Source of the DNA: Macrostomum lignano
Taxonomy: Eukaryota
DNA: 64,000 bases
Direction of reading: 5' to 3'
NCBI GenBank assembly: GCA_002269645.1
Contig: NIVC01001769.1
Coordinates: forward strand, 1-64,000
The position numbers and the translations under genes were made by a program. Positions 39,175-54,644 of the stretch are shown here, one piece after another (positions within the stretch are counted from its first letter, which is position 1; each line of letters begins with the position of its first letter). Below the pieces are notes generated by a model. That model worked only from the letters and a program-made list of their open reading frames with translations. It did no database searches and was not told the origin of the DNA.

Positions 39175-40415
39175 AAACAGCTGATCAATTGAGCCAAACA
39201 CAGCTGATCAATTAAGCCAAACACAGCTGATCAATTAAGCCAAACACGGCTGATCGATTGAGCCAAACACAGCTGATCAATTAAGCCAAACACAGCTGAT
39301 CGATTGAGCCAAACACAGCTGATCAATTAAGCCAAACACAGCTGATCAATTAAGCCAAACACAGCTGATCAATTGAGCCAAACACAGCTGATCAATTGAG
39401 CCAAACACAGCTGATCAATTGAGCCAAACACAGGTGATCAATTGAGCCAAACACAGCTGATCAATTAAGCCAAACACAGGTGATCAATTGAGACAAACAC
39501 AGCTGATCAATTGAGCCAAACACAGCTGATCAATTAAGCCAAACACAGCTGATCAATTGAGCCAAACACAGCTGATCAATTAAGCCAAACACAGCTGATC
39601 AATTGAGCCAAACACAGCTGATCAATTGAGCCAAACACAGCTGATCAATTAAGCCAAACACAGGTGATCAATTGAGACAAACACAGCTGATCAATTGAGC
39701 CAAACACAGGTGATCAATTGAGCCAAACACAGCTGATCAATTGAGCCAAACACAGCTGATCAATTAAGCCAAACACAGCTGATCAATTGAGCCAAACACA
39801 GCTGATCAATTGAGCCAAACACAGCTGATCAATTGAGCCAAACACAGCTGATCAATTAAGCCAAACACAGCTGATCAATTGAGCCAAACACAGCTTATCA
39901 ATTGAGCCAAACACAGCTGATCAATTAAGCCAAACACAGGTGATCAATTGAGACAAACACGGCTGATCAATTGAGCCAAACACAGGTTATCAATTGAGCC
40001 AAACACAGGTTATCAATTGAGCCAAACACAGCTGATCAATTAAGCCAAACACAGCTGATCAATTGAGCCAAACACAGCTGATCAATTGAGCCAAACACAG
40101 CTGATCAATTGAGCCAAACACAGCTGATCAATTGAGCCAAACACAGCTGATCAATTGAGCCAAACACAGCTGATCAATTGAGCCAAACACAGCTGATCAA
40201 TTGAGCCAAACACAGCTGATCAATTAAGCCAAACACAGCTGATCAATTGAGCCAAACACAGCTGATCAATTGAGCCAAACACAGCTGATCAATTGAGAAA
40301 AAAACACAGCTGATCAATTGAGCCAAACACAGCTGATCAATTAAGCCAAACACAGCTGATCAATTGAGCCAAACACAGCTGATCAATTGAGCCAAACACA
40401 GCTGATCAATTGAGC
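39175..40415. repeat. 23-bp tandem array (copy 2, about 3 units longer), followed by the SINE body to ~40610
   Basis: Directly visible. The offset between the duplicated blocks rises by ~70 bp across the array. Confidence 0.97.
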
Positions 40416-40914
40416 CAACTTAACTCTGCTTTGCTTCAATTCATCCAGCTGTAAAATGGGTGCCAGCATTAGCTGGGATAATTGAGGGTGTGTAGCGACC
40501 CCCCCCCCCAGTCCTTGGACTGAACAGCCGATCGCAGCCTTCAGATGCGCCGCGCAATAGCTGCGGCTGAGCTGTCGGTTGCAAATTTTCCTATTAGGGC
40601 AGTTGTAATCAATTTTTTTATCGTTACCTGCGTTCCTTTTTGGCTCTCTCGCGTGGCGCGTGTACATTTTACATGTATAAAATCAAACTTCTGCTCTATC
40701 AAATTACCAGAGTGGCTTGGGATTCAGGCTAGGAGAACCAGCCATGGTTCGAGTAAAAAATTCATGAAACAATTCATCCTAGAAGTTGGTTCCTCCACTT
40801 TCCTAGTACCTACGCTGCTGTAACTACTGAATTATTTTGCATCAAAATATGATTTTGAGCCAGAATTGTACAAACAATACGATATGAGCTAAGGTAAGAA
40901 GGGAATGATGCTGA

Positions 40915-42516
40915 GTGGGAATAATGCTAAATGGGGAATGATGCTAAAGGGGGAATGACGCTAAAGGGGGAATGATGCTAAAATGGGGAATGATGCTAAA
41001 GGGTGAATGATGCTAAAGGGGGAATGATGCTAAAAGGGGGAATGATGCTAAAGGGGGAATGATGCTAAAAGGGGGAATGATGCTAAATGGGGAATGATGC
41101 TAAAAGGGGGAATGATGCCAAAGGGGAAATCATGCTAAAGGGGGAATGATGCTAAAGGGGGAACGATGCTAAAAGGGGGAATGATGCTAAAAGGGGGAAT
41201 GACGCTAAAGGGGGAATGATGCTAAAGGGGGAATGATGCTAAAAGGGGGAATGATGCTAAATGGGGAATGATGCTAAATGGGGGAATGATGCTAAAAGGG
41301 GAATGATGCTAAAAGGGGGAATGATGCTAAAAGGGGGAATGATGCTAAAGGGGGAATGAGGCTAAAAGGGGGAACGATGCTAAAGGGGGAATGATGCTAA
41401 AAGGGGGAATGATGCCAAAGGGGAAATCATGCTAAAGGGGGAATGATGCTAAAGGGGGAATGATGCTAAAGGGGGAATGATGCTAAAGGGGGAATGATGC
41501 TAAAAGGGGGAATGATGCTAAAGGGGGAATGATGCTAAAGGGGGAATGATGCTAAAAGGGAGAATGATGCTAGATGGGGAATGATGCTAAATGGGGGAAT
41601 GATGCTAAAAGGGGAATGATGCTAAAAGGGGGAATGATGCTAAAAGGGGGAATGATGCTAAAGGGGGAATGAGGCTAAAAGGGGGAACGATGCTAAAGGG
41701 GGAATGATGCTAAAAGGGGGAATGATGCTAAAGGGGGAATGATGCTAAATCGGGAATGATGCTAAAAGGGGGAATGATGCTAAAAGGGGGAATGATGCTA
41801 AAGGGGGAATGATGCTAAAGGGGGAATGATGCTAAAAGGGGGAATGATGCTAGATGGGGAATGATGCTAAATGGGGGAATGATGCTAAAAGGGGAATGAT
41901 GCTAAAAGGGGGAATAATGCTAAATGGGGAATGATGCTAAAAGGGAGAATGATGCTAAATATGGAATGATGCTAAAAGGGGGAATGATGCTAAATGGGGA
42001 ATGATGCTAAAAGGGGGAATGATGCTAAATCGGGAATGATGCTAAAAAGGGGAATGATGCTAAAAGGGGGAATGATGCTAAATGGGGAATGATGCTAAAT
42101 GGGGGAATGATGCTAAAAGGGGAATGATGCTAAAGGGGGAATGATGCTAAAAGGGGGAATGATGCTAAATGGGGAATGATGCTAAAAAAGGGGGAATGAT
42201 GCTAAATGGGGAATGATGCTAAAAGGTGAAATCATGCTAAATGGGGAATGATGCTAAAAGGGGAATGATGCTAAAAGGGGAAGTCATGCTAAATGGGGAA
42301 TGATGCTAAAAGGGGAATGATGCTAAAAGGGGAATGATGCTAAAAGGGGAATGATGCTAAAGGGGGAATGATGCTAAAAGGGGTAATGATGCTAAAGGGG
42401 GAATGATGCTAAAAGGGGGAGTAATGCTAAAGGGGGAATGATGCTAAAAGGGGAAATCATGCTAAAGGGGGAATGATGCTAAAAGGGGGAATGATGCTAA
42501 AAGGGGGAATGATGCC
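40915..42516. repeat. G-rich 16-17 bp satellite (copy 2)
   Basis: Directly visible. Confidence 0.98.
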
Positions 42517-43550
42517 TGTTGTGGGTTGATGGCTTTGCCATAGACATTTTTGTTACGCGACTGCGTTGATGAATTGAACCATGCTATTGAGTTATGAAAT
42601 AAACAATAGACGCGTCAGAGGTCAGCAGACCGCTAGACTGACAATTGCTAAAGGCTAAAAGCCAAAAGCACAACAGTGGCGTCGCAAGCATAGGCTACGA
42701 AAATGCCTGGAAGTACGCCAGCATCGCCAACTAAAGGAGTTGGTAAAACGGTTTCGAGCGACAAAGCACCACCGCTTGCGATCTCGTCGAAATCAGTCCA
42801 AGCGACAAAGTCGGCAACAGCGACAGCGCAGAACCCAAGCGCACAAGTATCGAGAGGACAGCAAGTTGACATCGAAAAACTCGATGAAAGTTCGAACTTC
42901 CAGAGGTGGTTGGACCGATTCACACTGTGCAGCGAACTCAACGGCTGGCAGGACGACACGAAAAACAAGCTGCTGCTGATGAAGCTCAGCACCAAGCTGT
43001 ACGACGCATTGGCAGATCGAGCCGCTCCCAAGAAGCCGGGAGAAAAGAGCTTCGATGAACTGATCAAACTACTGGCCAGCATCCTGGAACCAAAGACGTT
43101 CGTTATGGCTGAGAGATTCAATTTCCAGCATATCACTCGCACGGCATCAATGAGCATTCGTGAGTATGCACAGCAACTCTGCATGCAGGCAGACAAGTGT
43201 CAGTTTGGCCTATCCAGAGATGAGAGACTGAGAGATCAGCTCGTATTCGGTTTGAATGACAAGGTGGCCATCAGCAAGTTATTGGAACAGGACTTCAGCA
43301 CTCTCACGTTTGAGACAGCTATCAACATCGCTGAAGCGCACCAGAACCTATCACAAACGCAAATACTAAAGGGTTGCACCAGTCAGCCGCAGTCTTCTGA
43401 AGTAATGAAAATTTCAGCATCGGTGGCCAGAGGCTCCCACTCTACAAGCCCAAGTGTGGCAGATGTGGCACAATGCATGGCTCCAATGGAGGGTGTCCTG
43501 CGAAAGGAAAAACGTGCAACAAATGTGGCATGCAAAACCACTTCGCAACA
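42517..43550 (+). mobile_element. Internally deleted Ty3/gypsy LTR-gag element (copy 2; 1-bp deletion frameshifts the Zn knuckles)
   Basis: Same LTR, PBS and TSD (ATGCC) as copy 1. AAGCCCAAG here versus AAGCCCCAAG in copy 1. Confidence 0.85.
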
Positions 43551-43933
43551 ATGCCAAAGGGGAAATCATGCTAAAGGGGAATGATTCTGAGTAGCACGTA
43601 GCTACTAGACTAAAAAACATTCCATCTCGAAAATGTACAATCTTTTGAGTGCAGTGTTTTTATGACTGTAGTCGTGAATATTTCTTATTTAATTTTTGTC
43701 GAGACATTTTATCGAGTAAAAGAGCAGTTTTTCAGTATTTAAAATTCGAATTTCAATATTTTTGAAAAAATAATTATCAATAAGACTAAATATTTCGAAG
43801 CATTCTTTGATATTTGAACTTAAATTTCTCAACATAAATGCTCAGCTTTACTTTGGGGCATAATAATGAAAATTCAGAAATTTATAGTTTGTCGGTACAG
43901 ATGTTGCTCATTGATTTAGTTTTTGGCATCTCA

Positions 43934-47157
<3,224 letters not shown>

Positions 47158-48493
47158 TCACGCTATGATCCAGTAGGCTTGCAGGCGATGAATGCTTCGG
47201 GTTGAACATTTGACCAGAAATGCCTAAATTGTCTGCGTGTCTTTAAATGCTTTGTTTTACTATTTTAACGATTATTTTTGTCCCTTAAAGGATAAATGCC
47301 ATGTCTATGGGCTTAGGGTCGCCAAAGCATGTCAGCATAAGCTTTGATTAAACAATATAGATTTCTGAGCCATGCTTCAAATAGGGAAGGGAAGAGAAAG
47401 CGGAAGCTGGATATTTGCCTCAGACAAGGAGTAGGTAATTAAAGCCGGAAAATTTTTGTATATTAATGTAGTGATCCGCTAGTTTGGTGTTAGGCATTGT
47501 ACTATTGTCAGCAGCTTCCCTCGCCCTCGCCCTCTCTCTGGGTTGCTGTCTGCCGCTGGGCAGCCTCCCTCCCTTTTGCTGCCTGTTCTCTGTCGCCCCC
47601 CTCTTCTCTGCGCTCTTTCTTGCAGCCACGAGCTTCTCCGCTGTGGCCTGCTCTGCGTTTAGTTCCTGTCCTGAGGTCACGCTGGTGGCCTGTTTCCCAT
47701 GTCATGTGAGCAAGTCACCTGCCAAGTCTTGTTTTCTCGAAGTCCTAAAGTGCAGTAAAGTGTTTACTGCACTCTTTGGCCCGTGTTTACGAGAAGAATC
47801 ACGTGTTTCGGGGCCCTTGCCTTCTGTAAGGTAATAGGTGACTCATGTTTCTAAAAATAGATACTGAGTCATGCGGCTCTGTGCACTTTACCCGCAAATC
47901 CTGCCTTCCCTAAGGCGGAGGGTGACGTCAGTTCTAAAAATTGAACAGAGTCACGAGGTCCGGCGCACACTGGTGCAGCGGGGATTTCCTGCCTTAAAAT
48001 ATTTGCCCCTCACCCTTGGTTCAGTCAAGGATTCTTCTTCTTGTTGTTGTTCTTCTTTAGTCTAGTTTTCCATACTTCATTCAGTTGCCAATTAAAGCTA
48101 TCTGTAATTTGCCTGATTAAACTTAGAAGCCCAAGCCTAAGGGAGGCTAACACTGCCTTCCCAGCCACCCCTTGAGCCCGGTGGGATCTGCTGACCAGGA
48201 CGCCTTGTTCATTAATCTGCAAATCTTCACGCTGTGCTGAAATCGTTGACTTGTTTATTTCGCTCCGACGGGAAGCTCACCTCACCGAACGCCGAGACCT
48301 GAAGGAACTGGTGGCAGCACTACCTACGCTACTAAGAGCTAATCGAAGGCTTCCGGTTGAGAAGACGGAGAGCCCAAATCACTGTGCTAGACAGTAGGAG
48401 AAGCACAGGTACAACATTGGTGGCAGCGGTGGGATTCAAGGACCTACCAGACTACCTCGAGACAACCCCGAGACAAACCCTCAATACTTCACT

Positions 48494-49890
48494 AACAACA
48501 ACAACAACAACAAAATTCGCGGCCCCGCATGCAAAGTCACATTTAGAGCAGGGCGCGTCAGATGGCGCGCCGCAGAGCCTTGGAGCGAACAAAGTCCGCT
48601 CCGTTGGCAGTGTCGGGCGCCCCAGCGTCGCACAGCAGGCAGTCCACGTATCGACCGGTTCGGGCCTGATCCCGCCTGAACGGGCCCTGCAAGGTGAGCA
48701 GCAGGACGTCCTGAACAGGTTGGGGGCAGTAGCCTTCGGCCCGGATCACGTGGCTCGCCAGTTGAAGTCGCCGCCGGCGCAAGATGGTGGACGGGCGCTG
48801 CAGCTTGGCCCGATCGTACAGGGCCTCGGTCCCGACGCTCTCGTCAGCTTGAAAGGCCGCATGGAGCAGCCCTAAGTGCGCCGAGTCCAGCTGCCGCTCT
48901 AGCGTAGCCGTCAGCGTCCACGTCTCCGGCGTTGTATAGCAGGACGGTTTCGATTGGCACCTGCCACAGCCGAGCCCTCTGGCGGTCGGGCAGTGCTTCA
49001 GACTGGAGGACGGCTCGAGTGTAACGAAAGGCCGCCCAGGCAAGTCCTCTGCGCCGCCGGAGGTCTTCCTCCACGTGGGGCACCAGACCGCCGAGGTAGG
49101 TGAACCGCTGGCAGCGTGCGAGCTTGGTCGTCTGCCCGTCTGCGCCGCGGCACGTCAAGTCCGCTGGGATGTCGGCCGGCACAGTCAGCACCTCGGTCTT
49201 CAGCGTGTTGACGATCAGAACAACGCCACGCGACACCGCCGCCTCGACCAGCCTATCGATCTGGCACTGGGCGCCTTCAACGGACGAGGACAGGAGGGCG
49301 AGGTCGTCGGCGTAGCCAAGCACGCTTAGGCGCTTTTCGACGTGGCGGCGACCGATGTGTCTGCGCAGCAGGAAGCCGTCCCAGCCGAGGGGAGAGCGGT
49401 CCGAAGCACCCAGCCATCAGCGGCACGAAGGGAAAGGGCGCTAGCGTGTCGCCCCGCAGAACTCCTGATGAAGTATCGAACAGGTCAGGCAGGCCGATCG
49501 AGCAGAAGTCAGTTGAAGAGCTTCGTGGTGCAGGACATCAGCGAGATCCCTCGGTGGTCTTCTTTCCACGTTGTCCCTGCCTTCTTCGGGATCGGCACGA
49601 TGTGCGCGACGGTCCACTCGGTGGGTGCAGGAGCGCCGGCGAGCACGCGGTTCATGACGCCTGTAACCTGGGAGGCTACACAGCGGAGCCGCAGCGCTTC
49701 GAACGGGACTTCGTCCTGGCCGAGCACCTTGTCGCCTGATGTTTTCCGAGCGAACAGCATTGCGTCCTCCGTTGTGACTGGTCTGGTGCAGAAGTCCTCC
49801 TCAGCTGGGAGCAGCGTGTCCAGTGGGAGCGCAAAGCTGGCGGGCAGCGGCGATGCGGGCGCGTTTACAATGCCGGCGAAGATGTCGCGC
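48494..49890 (-). mobile_element. 5'-truncated RTE-like LINE (degenerate RT plus 3' end with a (GTT)n tail)
   Basis: HRGISLMS, LGYADDLALL, FTYLGG, RRRRLQLASHVIRAE. (AAC)n on the + strand at 48494-48513. Confidence 0.88.
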
Positions 49891-49904
49891 AATTCATTCC
49901 TGCA

Positions 49905-50126
49905 GAACTATAGACCGTGAACTATAGACCGTGAACTATATATAGACTGTGAACTATATGCCGTGAACTATAGACTGTGAACTATAGACCGTGAACTATA
50001 GACCGAGAACTCTAGACCGTGAACTATAGACTGTGAACTATAAACTATGAACTATAGACTGTGAACTATAGACTGTGAACTGCCGTAAACTATAGACTGT
50101 GAACTGCTGTGAACTATAGACCGTGA
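49905..50126. repeat. 14-bp tandem array GAACTATAGAC(C/T)GT
   Basis: Directly visible, next to the LINE truncation point. Confidence 0.92.
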
Positions 50127-50594
50127 GCAGGCAATCTGAAGTCCTTTTGCAGGCAATCTATATGGAGAAAATATTTTCCAGTTAGGAAAGTTACATTGTT
50201 TGTTTGTTCAGCTTAGAAACAAAATAAAACTTGGGTCAGTATTTTTGATAAATTGACTTATAAATTTCATAAGTCTCTATCGAAAGTTTCTAGCAGGTAT
50301 ATTTGCTGTGTTGTTGTCCTTTAAGTAAAGGAATATTGTGTTTAGGTCTTTTCTTGACAAAAATAGTTAGAAAAAGCGTGCTATGACGCCATTTTAACAG
50401 AAAAGTAGGCAACTGCTTTCACAGTCAGTAGTAAAACTCGTTTATTCAGATGCCTGTTTGGCAAGTATTCCAAACTTATTGATATGTCTCTGTCAAAGGA
50501 AATTAAAAAGCATGCGCTCAAATTAAAAGAACACAGTTTTTATCATCACATCTCTGCAACTCTGAATCTAGGACAGGTCTGTTGTCCTTTATTA

Positions 50595-53500
50595 TTAGTA
50601 CATTTGCGGTGGTGCCATGGGCGGCGGCGGCGGGGGTGCGTACGGCATCGGCTGCGGCTGCGCGAAGCCTCCGCCAGAGCCGTAGGGCACCGGCTGCTGG
50701 TAGGGCGAGCCGAACCGCGGCGGCTGCATAATGATAAATTGGCACAAAGTTGTGACGCACTTTTAATTAATGTTTGGTTAATAAATTTAACAGCATAAGT
50801 TGTTACTTGTTGTAGTCATATCAGCAACATTAAAAAGTCGCCAAATCTATGCGTCAGTGACTATCTCTTGGACTATTCTGAAATAAAAGATACGAGAAAA
50901 CTGATCGGGGTAGCTTTAATCCACGTCCAACCCTCGCACACCGCTCCCCCACTTCATTCCTCAACTCAAGCTAGTCTGCCGCGGCGTAGCTGAGTAGCGT
51001 CACTCGCAAAGATTGAGACTTTACCTGCACTCTCAAAATTGGCGACCACAGACCGAATCTGCTGTGATGGCGACTTTTCGATATTGCTGAGTATTTGTAC
51101 CTGACTGTCACAAAAAAACTGCTATCGATGCAAAGTATTTTCTCCGTAAAACCGGCCTCCAGAAAACTTTCCAAGAAACGTACTTTCCCGTTCTAATTAA
51201 GTAGTCTTTGTTGTCTACGTTGCATTGCTCCCACACTTTTTATTAATCGGTGGCATTTAGTTGTTAATCACGTCGCGCTATGGTGAACCAATTAGCAAAT
51301 ATTCTGAAATTCATTTTCACTCTTTCAACAATGCAAAAGGTTATCCTTAAAATGATCGCCATCTTGATACAGACACGTCCAGGTTCCCTGCCCCTCCCCG
51401 CTATGTTTTGCGCTCCCTCCCTTTTCCCGTGTGATTCCTGCCCCCCCATGATGACTAATTGAAAATGAGTTATCACAATGACTCAAGCTTATCGCCCACC
51501 CACTCCCTCGAGCACCAACCCCACCCTCCTTTCTATTGTTCGAAATCATTCATGCGTGTGACAGTTTTTATGACCCCACATCTCCCCAAGCTTTTCCTGC
51601 CTGTTACGTAATCCCCAATCATCAGTGGCGTAAATAGGGGGGATACGGGGATATATCCCCCCATTTTGATGATTTATAGGAAACGAAAATGAGGATTTTT
51701 GGGAAAAAATGCAAAATAAAGCGGCATAGACGCAGCAAAATTGCCAAAAATGGCTTATTTTACCCGTAATTACTATTAAAATGTTTTAAACGATTATTTT
51801 CGCGAATCCCTAGTTCCTAAAATGTCGAAGATAGAACAGACGTCTGCCGGATTTACTATGATTTTAACAAAGTAAAGTTTTTTGAGCCCAAAAACATGGT
51901 CTTGGTACTTTTTAATGCATACTTTTAGCAAAAAAATGAAAAAAACTTTTTCATTAGTCTAAAATTTTGTCCCTAAAAGTTATCCCTCCCCCTTTTCAAA
52001 ATCCTGTGTACGCCACTGCCAATCATGAATAGTTTTTTCTCCGTTGCACCCCACCCCAGTTTCTCGTCCAATAGCAGCGCGACTGGTGGGTGACATCACC
52101 AGGGTTGCTTGGTAACGAAGATCAAGGACAAGTCACGGCCTTCAATATCACGTATCACGTGATCGTGATCGTGTGACGCGTAGTCTCAGGGCTATAAACA
52201 AGAGCCCGTTTTAATGGCCCGAGCGGCCACCCCCGTTCTCAGCTTTAGCTTCCCTGTCCCTATAGGACAGAGTATGGCAAACTTTTTCGCTTCAAGTGCC
52301 AGATAAGGATTTTAGCTCATGTCTGCAGGCCAGATGAGAGTGAAAAAGAGAAAGAATAGAAGATAAGAGATGTGAGAAGAGAGGCATGAGATGGGATGAG
52401 AGAAAGGATAAACGAGAAGAGAGGAGGAGAGAGGAAGAGAAGGGAGAGAGGAAAGAGGGGAGTGTGGAGAGAAGGGAAAGGGAGAGGGGAGAGAAGAAAA
52501 AACCCGAGAAGAGAAACAAACCTTTAGCGGGCCGGATCGCTTTTTTGAAGTTTCGAGAGGCTTCGAGGCCCGCTTATCGCCCGCAAGCCGGAGTTTGCCG
52601 ACCCCTTCTATGGAAGGGCATCACGAGAGAGTTCTGGGACCTACCCTTCCCCATCAACATAAAAATATGGCGTTTTATCCACCCTTGGAATCCTGTGGCT
52701 TAGGAGGGAATCGTAGTCTAGAATCGCTCACCAGCTAAAAGATCCAAATGTCCTCGTTTACAGCTCTGACTAGACTGTCCATAGAGTCCCTAGTCGGCCA
52801 TTTCTAGTACAGTTGGGGTCAAGAATCTTCGTCTGTTACAGACCGGAAGTCCCGCCTCACTAGTGGGAGTTTTCACATGTGATTGGTGACTGCCGCGCCG
52901 CTGTCTATGGATAATGGGATCTTGGCCGCAACCTCAGCTACCGCACCATCCAGACGCCTGGTGGGTGTACCTTTCAGCGCCAGAGCCCAGGGGTTGCACA
53001 GAGGCGTTTTCATGCAGCTCTGTTACGTCAATCTGATTTTTAATTTTTATGAACTTTTTATCTTGTTTCACTAAATCAGATCTCCTTAAGCCATGATAAG
53101 AAAGAACTGCATTTATTACTCACCCCCATCGGCCTAGAGGCGTTGGGCCTCTGTTTGACAAGACAGAAAAACTTGCAAGCGCAAAATATGATCAAACCCA
53201 TGACCACCACTCCAAGTAAAGAGCAGATCACGATTGCTGCAATGGCTCCCGTGGACAAACTTGACTTCAGCGCCTCGAACTCGGCTTTTGTGCAGCAGTA
53301 CTGCTCGTCCTCCTCACCGCAACAATACGTCTTTGTATCAGCGTTTGACAGCAGGTCATAGTAGGACTTTGCATTGGAATCTACGTCTTCTTCTGGACAG
53401 ATAAACTGATCATACTTGCCACGGCCGGCAAAGCAGAGGGCCACATCGCTCGCTGTTATGTCCGAACGCAGTCTGTCACCTGATAATACTAGCGGTCGGA

Positions 53501-54392
53501 GTTCTTTCGAGACGTACACTGAGTTTACGTCGAAGTCCAGTTCTGAAGCGCGTCCGCCTCTGAAATGCAGAACAAACAGCTCAAATGAAATTTTGAATCA
53601 ACTTGTACTGAATTCAAATCACTGCTTTGAGTTTTTAGTTACCCCTTGTACAAGTTTCCTCTCATTTCATGAACACTTAAATCACCTGGAATGTTTATTT
53701 TTATGCGGATTTAAATGTAATGTATAAAGAATATTTTTAAAAGGCTAGAATCCCTATTGAGAATCTAAAAGAGAGTTAAAGCATTCGGAAGTGTAACTGA
53801 TCATATGGTTGAGCAGTCATATTGATCATCCAGAAGTGAGATTAATCATTTAGAGGTGAGATTGATTATCTAGAAGATAGATCATCTCAAATGTGAGATT
53901 GATCACCTAGAAATTAGATTGATAATCTAATTTGCTCATCTAGAAGTGAGATTTTGATTATCTCAAAATGAGATTGATCATTTAGAAGTGACATTAATCA
54001 TATCAAAGTGAGATTGATCATCCAAAAGTGAGATTGATTATTTAGAAGTGAGATTGATCGTCTAGAAGTGAGATTGATCATCTAAAAATGAGATTGATCA
54101 TCTAGAAATGAGATTGATCATTTAGAAGTGAGATAGATCATCTAAAAGTGAGATCTAGTATTTAAAAACTTTTTTTGATCTTCTAAAAGTGAGATTGATT
54201 ATCTAGAAATGAGAGTGACCATTTAAAAGCGAGATTGATCATTTAGAGGTGAGAGTGATCTTCTAAAGTAAGGTGAGATTGAGAATTAATTTTAAAACCA
54301 AATAATTCTGCTGAAAGCTACTTACATGTACAGTATTCTACCAAGAGAAGTAGACCAATCGCGTTCAATGAAAATACCATTTTGTATGCCAT
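50595..54392 (-). CDS. S7: Shisa-like type I membrane protein with a Pro/Tyr-rich tail (224 aa); exons 54392-54326, 53685-53643, 53559-53124, 50723-50595
   Basis: Signal peptide MAYKMVFSLNAIGLLLLVEYCT, microexon ...GNLYKG, C-x11-C-x24-CC-x7-CC, TM AIAAIVICSLLGVVVMGLIIFC then ACKFFC. 675 nt in frame. Confidence 0.87.
51623..52018. mobile_element. hAT-type MITE, 396 bp
   Basis: TIR CAGTGGCGTA...TACGCCACTG with a perfect 8-bp TSD (CCAATCAT). Confidence 0.92.
52268..52607. mobile_element. Older hAT-type MITE with a GA-rich interior
   Basis: CAGAGTATGGCAAACT...AGTTTGCCGACCCCTT with a degenerate 8-bp TSD (CTATAGGA/CTATGGAA). Confidence 0.6.
53830..54280. repeat. Degenerate 20-bp tandem array (TAGAAGTGAGATTGATCATC) in S7 intron 1
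   Basis: Directly visible. Confidence 0.9.
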
Positions 54393-54644
54393 CTTTATGA
54401 TGAATTCGTTAACTCGTTGCAGATTTTTTCTAAATCAATTTTCTTCAGAACTAAGTAAGCTTTTGTACTTCGTATTTCTCTTTTTGTTGACTTTGTGGCT
54501 ACCATGGTTTATCTATGGCATTCATCTTTCTTAATTTATTCGCATACTTTATGTGGAATATATAGTGGCTTTCAAGGCATCAATCACTAACTGTAAAAAC
54601 GTTGAATACATTAACAGACAACTACATACTTATCTTAATAAAAA
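54393..54644. promoter_or_regulatory. Putative shared (bidirectional) promoter/5' UTR region between S7 and S8
   Basis: 252 bp separate the two divergent ATGs. Inferred from position only. Confidence 0.5.

Noticed and set aside
47420-48350. Short ORFs upstream of S6
   Set aside because: No recognisable domain or splice-supported model.
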